Below are positions 49,631 to 59,113 of a stretch of DNA of 64,000 nt, in pieces (the first letter of the stretch is position 1; every line of letters starts with the position of its first letter). The notes below the pieces were generated by a model. It saw nothing but the letters and a program-made list of their open reading frames with translations, was not told the origin of the DNA and did not search any database. This stretch comes from an uncultured archaeon (GTDB taxonomy: Archaea > Thermoplasmatota > Penumbrarchaeia > JASLWR01). Where the stretch lies: assembly GCA_964342815.1 (NCBI GenBank), contig CAYFHS010000012.1, forward strand, positions 56,600-120,599, written 5' to 3'. A program made the translations under genes and the position numbers.

Positions 49631-52567
49631 TTAAGACCTCTTGTAGACATAATCTTGGCATGGGTCACACCAAAAACAATCGTATTCAGGATAATGCTGA
49701 GATAGCTGGCCACATTTCAGGCAGAGTGGAGAACTACTTTGAGCAGGGAGTAATGTTTCCGTATCCTGTTGGAAACTTTCATCCAATTTCGGCGGGTTTT
49801 TTTCGTGTACTGCTTTTCCTTCATCATTCTCCTGAATGACAGCTTTATCATCCGTTCTCGCCCCCTCATTTTTTTTCTTCTTTTTAATTATTAGAACAAG
49901 TGCTATTACGGCCCCTACGACAATAATGATTATCCCTATAATTGCGATCTGTTTAACACCCATCGCCTGAGCATCAGCCGTATTCACGGTAACCGGCTTC
50001 ACCGTTACTGTTAAAGTATCACTATGCTCCTTGCCCAGCTCATCTGTGACCGTCAAAGTCACCGTGTAGCTGCCAGGTTTACTATATGTATGAGTTGCCG
50101 TCTCCCCCGTTCCATTCGTTCCATCCCCGAAGTCCCATAGATATGAAACGATGGCCCCAGCTGATGACGATTCCGACCCGTCGAACTTTACCGTTCCTCC
50201 TTCATCGATGTTCTTGTTCTTTCCCGCCATGGCAGTAGGTTCCTCTCGTTCACTTACGGTTAATTTCAGCGTGAAGTTCCCACCGTCGGCAAACGACATT
50301 TTTATTGTATGTTTCCCCGGCCTGGAGGCATTGAACGCACATTTGATCGCATGATTCTCTCCTACTGCCAGTTGTGGGATCATCTCCGTTTTCAATATCA
50401 CGTCATCGAGAAGAATTCTTACATCGACTCCCAGGGCCGGAGCATCGCCGGTATTGCGAATGGTAGCCACAACGGAGATCTCCTGCCCCTCCACAGGCTT
50501 GACGGGATTGGCAGTGATGGTGGCCTCCAGATTCGGTCGCAAACGGATTACCTTCACGTATATCTCCGTTGTTGAATTCCCGTCGAATATGTCCCGGACG
50601 GTCAATGTTATCTCGTGGGTACCTTCCGAGAGATTCGTATCCAGTATCATCCCGGTGCCAAGCACGCCGTCGATATCGGATGTCCATTGGAACGTCAGCT
50701 CGTCATTTTCAGGGTCCTCGCTGGATGACCCATCCAGCACCACCAGTTCATCGGTTGTAAATTCATCACCGTCCTCCGGCAAATCAATCTCGGCCTCGGG
50801 TATCATATTGTCCACGACCGGCCCGTATAGCTCGGTTCCGGGCTCAAGGGGTACTCTCACGTCGAACTCGCCGTCACTGAATTCGAAATGGTATTCATGA
50901 TGTCCAACACTGAGATTGGTTGCGTAGGTGAATCGGGCACCACTCGCGTAATCCACACCCGATGTTTCCATATCGAATCCTATCCCGTCTATGAAGACCC
51001 TGGCAACAGCGGGAGGATCATTCTCCCCGTCCTCGAACTCCACTGAATAGACATACTGGTCCAGACGTGTCCCCTTCACCGGGCTTACTCCCCATTCATC
51101 CAGTTCCGGTTCATGGTTGGCCAGGAGAACGTCCGGGCCATCGAGCTCCCCTACCTGAGGGAAACGGGCTTCCCGCCTACCATCGTTGAAGACGAAATAA
51201 TACTTGTGAGAACCTTCATCAAGCACGGTCGAATATGTGAACACCGCGCCGGCGGTATAGGTATTGTCGGTGGAGGACATGGAGAACGCTTCGCCGTCAA
51301 TGTAAACTTTTTTCTGTAATGGAGGATCGTTGTCACCGTCGGTATATGTGATATTGAACGAAAAGATCGTTTCGGAGTCTCCCTCCGCCGGAGAAAAGTT
51401 TCCCAAAGATAGGATCGGTATGGCATTTACCTGGGGTCCTTGTAGCTCACCGGATGTGGGCAGCCTGACATGTTTTCCATCAACGGAAAAGTTGAAATGA
51501 TATTCATGCGTGCCTGCCGATAGCTTCTTTGTATGGCTAAAGTCGACCCCGTTCCTCCATCCGCTACTGGCTTCGGTACTCATCTCGTATGCGTTGCCGT
51601 CGATCACTACTTGACTCAATGTAGGAGGCACATCCGGAACAAATCGGTAGTTCACCTTATAGCTAAAGTTCGTCCCGGTATCTCCAGCCGTTGGTTCTAG
51701 CTGAGGGGTGGAAAGCTCTGGTTCGTAATCGGGCATGACGTATTCATATGTGTCGTTGTGGTTTAACTGCTGTGAGCCACCAGGATAGTTGTCCCATACC
51801 GTCGCCCTGCCTGTCTGGTAATCATGAACCTTCATGAGAACCTCGGGATAAAACTCGGTATCTATCTGAGTGAAATCATGCTCGTAATCGAGGATCATCG
51901 TATTGAGTCCGTAGAACTCCTGGTGTCCCTTCATGTAACTGTTCATAGATGATTTTGACGTGCAGCCCCCGTGATAGAAGGTGATGCCTGAGGGCATCTC
52001 CACTATGAAACTGTCGGTCTGTCCACCCGTGGCCGTATGGACCATGCGGAAGGCTGTGACATTCACTCCGAGGACCTGGGCGCTTATGTTCTGCCCAAGG
52101 GAAGGGGCGATCTCCGCGATCTTGCCAGCATTTACCCCACGGGCAAGCATGTCGTTCTTGAGCTGGGTGTTTCCCACCACGTACGCACCGGTGTTCTGCT
52201 GTACCATGGCAACCGTATCGGCGTCATAATGGCTGATGTGGCCATGGGGGGCCTGTATGATAATATCGGCCTTCGTAACCGTGGCCGGATCCCACTGGGT
52301 ACCGGAACCGGGGAAAGCTTCGATAAATATGTCCAGATTTCCGTCATCGATTCGGAATGCCGTGGAGCCGAAATTCACAGCATCAGCTATCAGATATGTG
52401 AAATTAAGCCTTGCTTGGGCCCTGGTATCCTTCCCAATCGAACCGGTATGTATTTGAATAGGTTGCCCAGAAAGGTTTATTTCTGTTTCGAAAGTATTAT
52501 CCATCATAGTATTCGATGCCATTAAGAGCACGAATAAAATAGACAACGTATAAATCCAACTTCTCAT
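49631..52567 (-). CDS. Membrane-anchored MBL-fold hydrolase-like protein with three Ig repeats, PKD and CARDB domains, TM and a cytoplasmic Zn ribbon
   Basis: HGHISH, HTA, YHGGC, KVH; three repeats of ..P....V.IDG..(Y/F).M...Y..G..F; SYLWDFGDG PKD; CLKC...CFWCDPC. Confidence 0.82.
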   Translation of the reverse strand: MRSWIYTLSILFVLLMASNTMMDNTFETEINLSGQPIQIHTGSIGKDTRAQARLNFTYLIADAVNFGSTAFRIDDGNLDIFIEAFPGSGTQWDPATVTKADIIIQAPHGHISHYDADTVAMVQQNTGAYVVGNTQLKNDMLARGVNAGKIAEIAPSLGQNISAQVLGVNVTAFRMVHTATGGQTDSFIVEMPSGITFYHGGCTSKSSMNSYMKGHQEFYGLNTMILDYEHDFTQIDTEFYPEVLMKVHDYQTGRATVWDNYPGGSQQLNHNDTYEYVMPDYEPELSTPQLEPTAGDTGTNFSYKVNYRFVPDVPPTLSQVVIDGNAYEMSTEASSGWRNGVDFSHTKKLSAGTHEYHFNFSVDGKHVRLPTSGELQGPQVNAIPILSLGNFSPAEGDSETIFSFNITYTDGDNDPPLQKKVYIDGEAFSMSSTDNTYTAGAVFTYSTVLDEGSHKYYFVFNDGRREARFPQVGELDGPDVLLANHEPELDEWGVSPVKGTRLDQYVYSVEFEDGENDPPAVARVFIDGIGFDMETSGVDYASGARFTYATNLSVGHHEYHFEFSDGEFDVRVPLEPGTELYGPVVDNMIPEAEIDLPEDGDEFTTDELVVLDGSSSEDPENDELTFQWTSDIDGVLGTGMILDTNLSEGTHEITLTVRDIFDGNSTTEIYVKVIRLRPNLEATITANPVKPVEGQEISVVATIRNTGDAPALGVDVRILLDDVILKTEMIPQLAVGENHAIKCAFNASRPGKHTIKMSFADGGNFTLKLTVSEREEPTAMAGKNKNIDEGGTVKFDGSESSSAGAIVSYLWDFGDGTNGTGETATHTYSKPGSYTVTLTVTDELGKEHSDTLTVTVKPVTVNTADAQAMGVKQIAIIGIIIIVVGAVIALVLIIKKKKKNEGARTDDKAVIQENDEGKAVHEKNPPKLDESFQQDTETLLPAQSSSPLCLKCGQLSQHYPEYDCFWCDPCQDYVYKRS

Positions 52568-52795
52568 GGTTCATCACCTTGTATAATAGATAAACAACAT
52601 CGAAATGATTAGTTAATATTATTTCCCCTTTTTTTATAAACGATATGTATGCTATTAAGTCAATCGCCGCTCTCATATAGATGAAGGTCCACCATACTTG
52701 GAAATTCATAAATATTACATATTTGAAAACAGTGGAAAACCTATTAGACATATGCAGTTGATTAATTCCATGGAACATGAAACAGAGGGACTCCC

Positions 52796-54271
52796 ATGAA
52801 AAAGTATGACGTTATCGCTATCGGTACCGGTTCATCAATGAACATTGTTAGCGCAATGATGCAGAGAAATCCATCTTTAAAGGTTGCAATAATCGACAAG
52901 GACGAACCGGGTGGAATTTGCCTTACACGGGGATGCATTCCTTCCAAGTTGTTACTCTATCCCGCAGAATTGGTCCGAACGGTACAGGACACCGCAAGGT
53001 TCGGGATAGAGAACCGCATAGAAAAGATAGATTTTGCCAGGGTTATGAAACGGATGAGGGACTACATCGACAAGGACATAAACATGATCCGAGCAGGCCT
53101 CTCCCAGGGAGGAAACCTGGATTATTACAATTCAACAGCCGAGTTCACGGCTCCCTATACCCTCACTGTGGAAGGCGAGACCATAAAAGGCGATATGATA
53201 CTGCTTTGTACCGGCTCAAAGATATTCATACCCCCCATTGAGGGTCTCGACGACGTGAAATACCATACGAGCGATACTGTGCTCCACATGACAGAACTCC
53301 CAAAAAGCATTGCTATTGTGGGAGGTGGCTACATTGCCGCGGAATACGGCCATTTCTTTTCTGCAATGGGATCACGAGTGGTTATAATAGGGAGAAATCC
53401 CCAGTTCCTGCCACAGGAAGAACCCGAGATATCGGCCCTGGCAAAGCAGAAGCTCGACAAGCATATGAAGATAATCACAGGCCATGAAGTAAAAAGGGTG
53501 AAAAAAACAGATGACGGGCGTATAAAGGTAATTGCGGACCACAAAAAATCGGGTAAGATGGAAGCTATAACCGCTCATGAATTGTTGGTAGCCTCCAGCA
53601 GATCCTCCAATTCCGACATTTTGCATCCGGAAAGAGCGGGAATCGAGACTGACTCCCGTGGGTGGATAAAGGTAAACGAATACATGGAGACCAGCCAAGC
53701 AAATATATGGGCCTTCGGAGATGCCACCGGCAAAAATCTGTTCAAACATGCCGCGAACTATGAGTCGACGGTAGTATATTACAATGCCGTAAAAGGGGCA
53801 AAGGTCAAGGTGGATTACCATGCTGTACCTCATGCCGTTTTCACATATCCCGAGATAGCGGGAGTTGGTATGAGGGAGAAAGATGCAATTGACAAATATG
53901 GTGAGCGACAAATTTTGATTGGATTCCAGAGGTTCGAGGATACGGCAAAGGGCAGCGCAATGGGCGTTATAGACTGTTTTGCAAAGGTTATCTGTAAAAG
54001 GGAAAATTTGGAGATCCTCGGGAGCCATATAATTGGACCAAATGCCTCCATACTGATCCAGGAAATCGTCAATCTTATGTACACTGAGGACAGGTCTGCG
54101 GAACCGATTATGAACGGTATGCACATTCATCCTGCCTTATCTGAAGTTATTGAGCGGGCTTTCGGAAATCTAAATCCTCCAGGGCATTATCAACATACTC
54201 TGTCTCATCAACTGGGGCATATATTGGGTGAAGCGGACGGTAGTCATGGTACAAAACACGGGCATCATTGA
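52796..54271 (+). CDS. Class I pyridine nucleotide-disulfide oxidoreductase (dihydrolipoamide dehydrogenase/mycothione reductase-like)
   Basis: GGICLTRGCIPSK redox disulfide, GGGYIAAE, WAFGD, C-terminal HPALSE His-Glu dyad. No C-terminal Cys-Cys pair. Confidence 0.9.
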   Translation: MKKYDVIAIGTGSSMNIVSAMMQRNPSLKVAIIDKDEPGGICLTRGCIPSKLLLYPAELVRTVQDTARFGIENRIEKIDFARVMKRMRDYIDKDINMIRAGLSQGGNLDYYNSTAEFTAPYTLTVEGETIKGDMILLCTGSKIFIPPIEGLDDVKYHTSDTVLHMTELPKSIAIVGGGYIAAEYGHFFSAMGSRVVIIGRNPQFLPQEEPEISALAKQKLDKHMKIITGHEVKRVKKTDDGRIKVIADHKKSGKMEAITAHELLVASSRSSNSDILHPERAGIETDSRGWIKVNEYMETSQANIWAFGDATGKNLFKHAANYESTVVYYNAVKGAKVKVDYHAVPHAVFTYPEIAGVGMREKDAIDKYGERQILIGFQRFEDTAKGSAMGVIDCFAKVICKRENLEILGSHIIGPNASILIQEIVNLMYTEDRSAEPIMNGMHIHPALSEVIERAFGNLNPPGHYQHTLSHQLGHILGEADGSHGTKHGHH

Positions 54272-54292
54272 TTCCAAAAACGACTAAAAAAC

Positions 54293-55006
54293 TCATTGTT
54301 TGCAGGTTGCCTCTGTTAATAGTTGTACACGGTCTTTACTAAAGAATTCCTCTAAAAACTTCATCGTTCTGGACATTGAAAAATCAGTTTTTCGATTTTT
54401 TTCATACAACATTTTCAGGTCTTCATATCTATCAATATCATACCACTCGGGTAGAAGCTGAACAACTGCCCTTATTTCTTCCAACTTATTCATAGTATCC
54501 CTGAATTCGGATCCACTGCTCCACTTTACTCCATCGAATATATACGGTACGAATGTATCGGTGCGAAAGCCGACGAGATAATAACCACCGTCTATAGCCG
54601 GGCCTATGACCACATCATTCAAGCTGAGAAACTCGAAAGATTTTTTTATAAAACCAGTAGGTAGATCCGGAGAATCACTGCCTATAAGAATTACGTTTTC
54701 ATATCCATCGGAAAATGACTTGATAAAACTGTTCTTGATTCGATCACCCAGATCATTTCCCTCCTGTACGTGATAGCGGTAGTCTTTCCCGATCCAGTTT
54801 ATCATTGTTTCCTCACATGAGTCAATGGTGTAATAAATGACAAATGGAATATTCGTTCTTTCCAGTGATTCAATAATGTCAAGAACGAACAGCTTGTACA
54901 GCTCCTGGGCCATTTTCTCGCCGATTGTTTTGGACAGACGTGTTTTCACGGTCCCCATGAGAGGACATTTGATGAAAATAATGACAATATTTTCTTTTTC
55001 GTTCAT
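54293..55006 (-). CDS. TIGR04282/DUF2064-like (CofC-like) transferase
   Basis: F.K.P..G.VKTRL, Q.G.DLGDRI, LIGSDSP, IGPAIDGGYYL, WYDIDR. ATGA overlap with the upstream gene. Confidence 0.88.
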   Translation of the reverse strand: MNEKENIVIIFIKCPLMGTVKTRLSKTIGEKMAQELYKLFVLDIIESLERTNIPFVIYYTIDSCEETMINWIGKDYRYHVQEGNDLGDRIKNSFIKSFSDGYENVILIGSDSPDLPTGFIKKSFEFLSLNDVVIGPAIDGGYYLVGFRTDTFVPYIFDGVKWSSGSEFRDTMNKLEEIRAVVQLLPEWYDIDRYEDLKMLYEKNRKTDFSMSRTMKFLEEFFSKDRVQLLTEATCKQ

Positions 55007-56232
55007 AAGTACCACAACCTCTCCATGTCGAAATCATCATCCAACAACTGGTTGAATCCACCCGGGATCTTCTTTCCTGATCTCATCAAATGTACAAACG
55101 GAGGTGGAGCCGGTCGGCCCCCCATGAAGGAAGCTCCCACTAATGAGCCGTTCTTTATTACGAGGTCCCTGTACTCTTTATCTGTTTTTCTAATAATTCG
55201 ATGATAATCTTCCCCTACTGCATCAAAATCCCCGAAAAAACCCAGCGGTACCCCAAAAAGGTATGTATGGTAAAATGACGGATACGGGTTGAAAGTTTCA
55301 TCACCACCAGCCATATTTGCCCCAGCTACCCGACCCATGCGTCTTGATGGTTCCCACAATCGAAGTGTTTTTCGGGAGTTCCAATCCATTACGGCGCAAT
55401 CACCCGCTGCGAAAATATTTTCTTTAGAAGTTCGCATTGAGGGATTCACATGAATTCCCTTCGATATTTCCAGATCGGCATCCTGAGCCAGTTTCAGATC
55501 CGGCGATATTCCAGTACAGGCTATGCATAAGTCTAATTTGAGAACCTTACCATCATCAAGAACCAAAGCGGTTAATCGGTCCTCCGTCGTTCGGATATCC
55601 GTTACCTTTTTGCTGGTCAGTATTTCCACACCGTTCTTTTCAAATAAATTTCTAACTCTATGTTTCATGTCTTTTGGAATACCGTGAAAAACAAGATTTT
55701 CACTCCTTGAAAGCAGTGTGACCTTGCGGCCCATACGGCTCAACAGTTCCGCCGTCTCGACCCCGAGAACACCTCCGCCAATAACAACGCATGGACCGTT
55801 TGATTTTTTTAAAAATGATTTGATCCGGTTGGTGTCCTTTACGGATTTGAATTGAAAAACATTTCTGAAATCATGATCCGTAAGATACGGTGGAAGATTT
55901 GGTTTCCCTCCTATTGCCAGCAATAATTTATCGAATTTCTTGATGCTCTTTCGTCCATTTTTTTCCATGGTTATTATGGAATTTCTAACATCCAAAGATA
56001 CAATCTTCCCATTTAGAAAGTCGATTCGATTATCATAAAAAAAATCTATCGGCAACCCTTTCAGCTCTTCTTCCCAAATCTCACCCATCAGGTATTCCTT
56101 GAGAGCCGGTCTGAATATAAAGTTCTCGCCAGAGTCGTCTACAACGGTTATCTTTCCATCGTTATCCCTACGACGTATCTCTCTTGCTGCCTCGACTCCT
56201 GCACATCCACCGCCTATTATCATGTACTTCAC
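55003..56232 (-). CDS. NAD(P)H/FAD-dependent oxidoreductase (NADH:rubredoxin oxidoreductase/NirB-N-like)
   Basis: IIGGGCAG, LLLAIGG, VIGGGVLGVE, IFAAGDCA. Confidence 0.85.
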   Translation of the reverse strand: MKYMIIGGGCAGVEAAREIRRRDNDGKITVVDDSGENFIFRPALKEYLMGEIWEEELKGLPIDFFYDNRIDFLNGKIVSLDVRNSIITMEKNGRKSIKKFDKLLLAIGGKPNLPPYLTDHDFRNVFQFKSVKDTNRIKSFLKKSNGPCVVIGGGVLGVETAELLSRMGRKVTLLSRSENLVFHGIPKDMKHRVRNLFEKNGVEILTSKKVTDIRTTEDRLTALVLDDGKVLKLDLCIACTGISPDLKLAQDADLEISKGIHVNPSMRTSKENIFAAGDCAVMDWNSRKTLRLWEPSRRMGRVAGANMAGGDETFNPYPSFYHTYLFGVPLGFFGDFDAVGEDYHRIIRKTDKEYRDLVIKNGSLVGASFMGGRPAPPPFVHLMRSGKKIPGGFNQLLDDDFDMERLWYL

Positions 56233-57317
56233 CGGCCACCACCTCCCTTGTCCATGGCTTCCTCGAACAGCTCAAGTATATCTATAACTTCGATTCGATC
56301 ATCCAATCCTACGTATTTTCCGTAACAGGTGATGCAATCGCAAGCCATGGTCTTGGCCTTGCCCCGGGCCTCATTCAACCTCTTTTTTCTGTTTCGATCG
56401 TTAGCCCCATCGTAACCAAAGTTCCAGTAATAACAACATGATGTTTTCTTTTTCGAATTTCCCATCTCCACAAGGCTTGAAAACTTATTTATTGCCTTTC
56501 TTGATGCCTCGCCCCGGTTATATCTTCTCGTTATTCGGCAGGAATCATGAAGGGTGATACTAGGTCTAAGTAAAACTTCCGAAAATTTATCACTGTGGGT
56601 TAAAAGAAATTCAGTCACTGTAAGGACTTCGTAATCCGTTTCATATTTGGCCTTGATCCTGACTATTGCCTCAAAACATTCCGCACAACCAGTAATAACA
56701 ATTTTCGGCTTACTTCTAATGATCTTGCCATGCAACAAATCCAAGTTCTTTTCCGCAAGCTCAAACTCTCCAATAAGCAGATGAGGAATCCCGCAGCAGG
56801 TATTCAGACCTCCCAGAATATTGTAGGGAGTTCCAACAAAATTCAATAGTTTCATGGTTCGCCGGATCACTTCCGGAGAATGAATATAACAGCCAGGATA
56901 GAATAATAATTCTTTCTTTTCCGAGGGAACGGATCCCATATACTGGCGGAGGTTGCGATGCTTCAATTTCATATATGTCGTATAGAGCTTCTGTTTCATC
57001 AGCTCGAGGCTGCGCTTATCCTGACCCTTGATCCGGATGTATTTGTCATATTCCCCCGGTTTTTGTGCTCTCAGCTTGTATTTAATAAATAATACCATAT
57101 AGTCCCTTCTGGCACCAGCGGGGCAAACCGGGACGCATCTGCCGCATTGGACACAATTGAACGAAAAGTCGATCATATTTTGCGGAACTTCAGTTTCGGG
57201 CTCAGTTGCCATGTTCAGATCGGCGATTCGAATGTGTTTTTTTGTAACCGGGCATGCTTCCATACACCTGTTGCAGCCGATACAAAGGTCGATATCTCGT
57301 GAAACCCATTTCCGCAT
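56229..57317 (-). CDS. HdrD/GlpC-like Fe-S oxidoreductase (2x[4Fe-4S] plus CCG domains)
   Basis: CIGCNRCMEACP, CVQCGRCVPVCP, FYPGC, TCCG, GCAEC, HDSC, CDCITC. Confidence 0.85.
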   Translation of the reverse strand: MRKWVSRDIDLCIGCNRCMEACPVTKKHIRIADLNMATEPETEVPQNMIDFSFNCVQCGRCVPVCPAGARRDYMVLFIKYKLRAQKPGEYDKYIRIKGQDKRSLELMKQKLYTTYMKLKHRNLRQYMGSVPSEKKELLFYPGCYIHSPEVIRRTMKLLNFVGTPYNILGGLNTCCGIPHLLIGEFELAEKNLDLLHGKIIRSKPKIVITGCAECFEAIVRIKAKYETDYEVLTVTEFLLTHSDKFSEVLLRPSITLHDSCRITRRYNRGEASRKAINKFSSLVEMGNSKKKTSCCYYWNFGYDGANDRNRKKRLNEARGKAKTMACDCITCYGKYVGLDDRIEVIDILELFEEAMDKGGGGR

Positions 57318-57337
57318 GTACTCTTCTATGCTTGGTA

Positions 57338-58105
57338 TTATCCTCTCTTTTCCGATATTTTTTCCTCCTTGTTGAGCTGGGTTTCAGATTTACCAAGTTT
57401 ATTTTCTTTCATGACTTTTCGGGTATGCCTTATGAGTAAAGTCAAGATCGTCGCGATAACAACAATAACAATGATCAATGTCCAGGGAATTTCACCCTTC
57501 GTGATTCCACTTGTAACCGCATCCGCCCCAACCACGTAGATGATCGTCACCGGAAGCATGCACAGCCACGTCCATAGAACGTACGTCCGAAATTTCACTC
57601 GAGTGAGTCCAAAGCCGTAATTTACCAGATTGTAAGGAAATAATGGAATCAAACGAACTATGGCAACGGAAAGTTGTCCGTGGGATTCGATGAACTCCTC
57701 CAGTTTGCGGAATTTCTCGTTTTTACTCATCCATCGTTCCACGGCATCCTTTGCAAAATACCTTCCGATGAGAAATGAAAGCGAGGCCCCTATGGTAGAA
57801 CCGACGCTAACCACGATGACACCCAGAAAAGACCCGAAAAGGATACCGGCAGCAATGGTTATCAATGAACCAGGTATAATCGCGATGGTGGCAATAATAT
57901 ATATTAAAATATAGACCAACATACCCAGAACTCCCAGTGAACCGATCCAATCGCGAAGTTCACCCAATCTATCATCGAGGCCAAATAGCTCAACTATGAC
58001 GAAAACCGTGAGAATCAATAAAATGAAAACTAATGGTTTGATAAGATAATGTCTGCTCCGGTCTTGTCTTACCGGTTCTTCCTTTCTTGGGTTATCATTA
58101 TCCAT
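57338..58105 (-). CDS. TVP38/TMEM64 (VTT/DedA family) membrane protein
   Basis: IPGSLITIAAGILFG, RLIPLFPYNLVNY.FGLT. Confidence 0.9.
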   Translation of the reverse strand: MDNDNPRKEEPVRQDRSRHYLIKPLVFILLILTVFVIVELFGLDDRLGELRDWIGSLGVLGMLVYILIYIIATIAIIPGSLITIAAGILFGSFLGVIVVSVGSTIGASLSFLIGRYFAKDAVERWMSKNEKFRKLEEFIESHGQLSVAIVRLIPLFPYNLVNYGFGLTRVKFRTYVLWTWLCMLPVTIIYVVGADAVTSGITKGEIPWTLIIVIVVIATILTLLIRHTRKVMKENKLGKSETQLNKEEKISEKRG

Positions 58106-58129
58106 ATTAATCCGTAATCCATAATAGTT

Positions 58130-59101
58130 TCATTCCGTCAACGCCCCACGACACGACGAACCGAAACCGGCGGTACATCCGAAACAATGTTCCCCCGTAA
58201 TGATCTTGCGCGGAACAAATCCTTTATCCGAAATTTCCGAAATATTACCAGGGACATCGGAATGCACTCCGAGACCCAGGGCAAGATTGAAATCACAATC
58301 GTATATATTGCCGTCCCAACCGATGCTGATCTGAGATCTGCACATCAGGCCATGGAGAGTATCGGAATTGAATGAATCGGACAAGAGATTTTGGTATTCA
58401 TCGAGCTGTTTATTTTCTTCGAGAAATATACGAAAATTTCCCAGAACCATGTTTGTAATGATATAAAGATTATTGAATTTTATTCCGAATCGATCATAAA
58501 GCTCCCTTTTATAATCACTTTCAAGTGACGATTGATCGGGAGGAAGAACGGGCCCCCCGGGATTGTAAACCAGGTCCAAGATCAGACCGGGCTCGATCCC
58601 ATACCCCAGAGAATTTAATTTTTTCAACGCTTTAATGCTTTTTTCATAGGTCCCCGGTCCACGCTGAGCTGATACGTTCTCCTCGAGATAACAGGGCATG
58701 GATGCTACTAGTTTCACCCTGTTATCCCTAAAAAAAGAGGGGAGGTGATCCAATCCGGGCTCTAAAAGGGCTGTGAGATTCGTTCTTAACTGCACCTCAG
58801 TCCCTAATGATTTCAACTCCTTTACGAAACGTTGGATATTAGAATTCAATTCCGGGGCCCCACCTGTGATATCCACCAGTTTCGGGTGAATTTTTTTTAC
58901 CAGTTCCAGAATAGATTCCATAACGTCCCATTCCATAATCTCCTCTCTGTCTGGAGACGCCTCGAGGTGACAGTGCGCGCACTGCTGGTTGCACAAATAG
59001 CCAACATTTACCTGGATAATTTCAATTTTTTCCGCAAAAAGCTCTGTATTCAGAGCATTTAGAACATTTCTATCAAAATCGTTCATCTTAACAATCCTCA
59101 A
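58130..59101 (-). CDS. arsS: ArsS-like radical SAM protein (TIGR04167-type, with DUF3641 C-terminus)
   Basis: QVNVGYLCNQQCAHCH, DITGGAPE, ASMPCY, LVYNP.G, YDCDFN, HCFGCTAG.GSSC.G. Confidence 0.88.
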   Translation of the reverse strand: MRIVKMNDFDRNVLNALNTELFAEKIEIIQVNVGYLCNQQCAHCHLEASPDREEIMEWDVMESILELVKKIHPKLVDITGGAPELNSNIQRFVKELKSLGTEVQLRTNLTALLEPGLDHLPSFFRDNRVKLVASMPCYLEENVSAQRGPGTYEKSIKALKKLNSLGYGIEPGLILDLVYNPGGPVLPPDQSSLESDYKRELYDRFGIKFNNLYIITNMVLGNFRIFLEENKQLDEYQNLLSDSFNSDTLHGLMCRSQISIGWDGNIYDCDFNLALGLGVHSDVPGNISEISDKGFVPRKIITGEHCFGCTAGFGSSCRGALTE

Positions 59102-59113
59102 ATCATGGTTTAT

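Noticed and set aside
53372-54130. 252-aa antisense ORF
   Set aside because: It lies fully opposite a well-supported oxidoreductase and has no motifs.
52796-54271. Mercuric reductase (MerA)
   Set aside because: It lacks the C-terminal Cys-Cys pair and N-terminal HMA domain, and it has the His-Glu dyad of LpdA/Mtr-type enzymes.
58100-59101. Possible selenocysteine read-through in ArsS or neighbouring redox genes
   Set aside because: All conserved positions are Cys codons, and the TGA at 58130-58132 follows the conserved C-terminus, so it is an ordinary stop.
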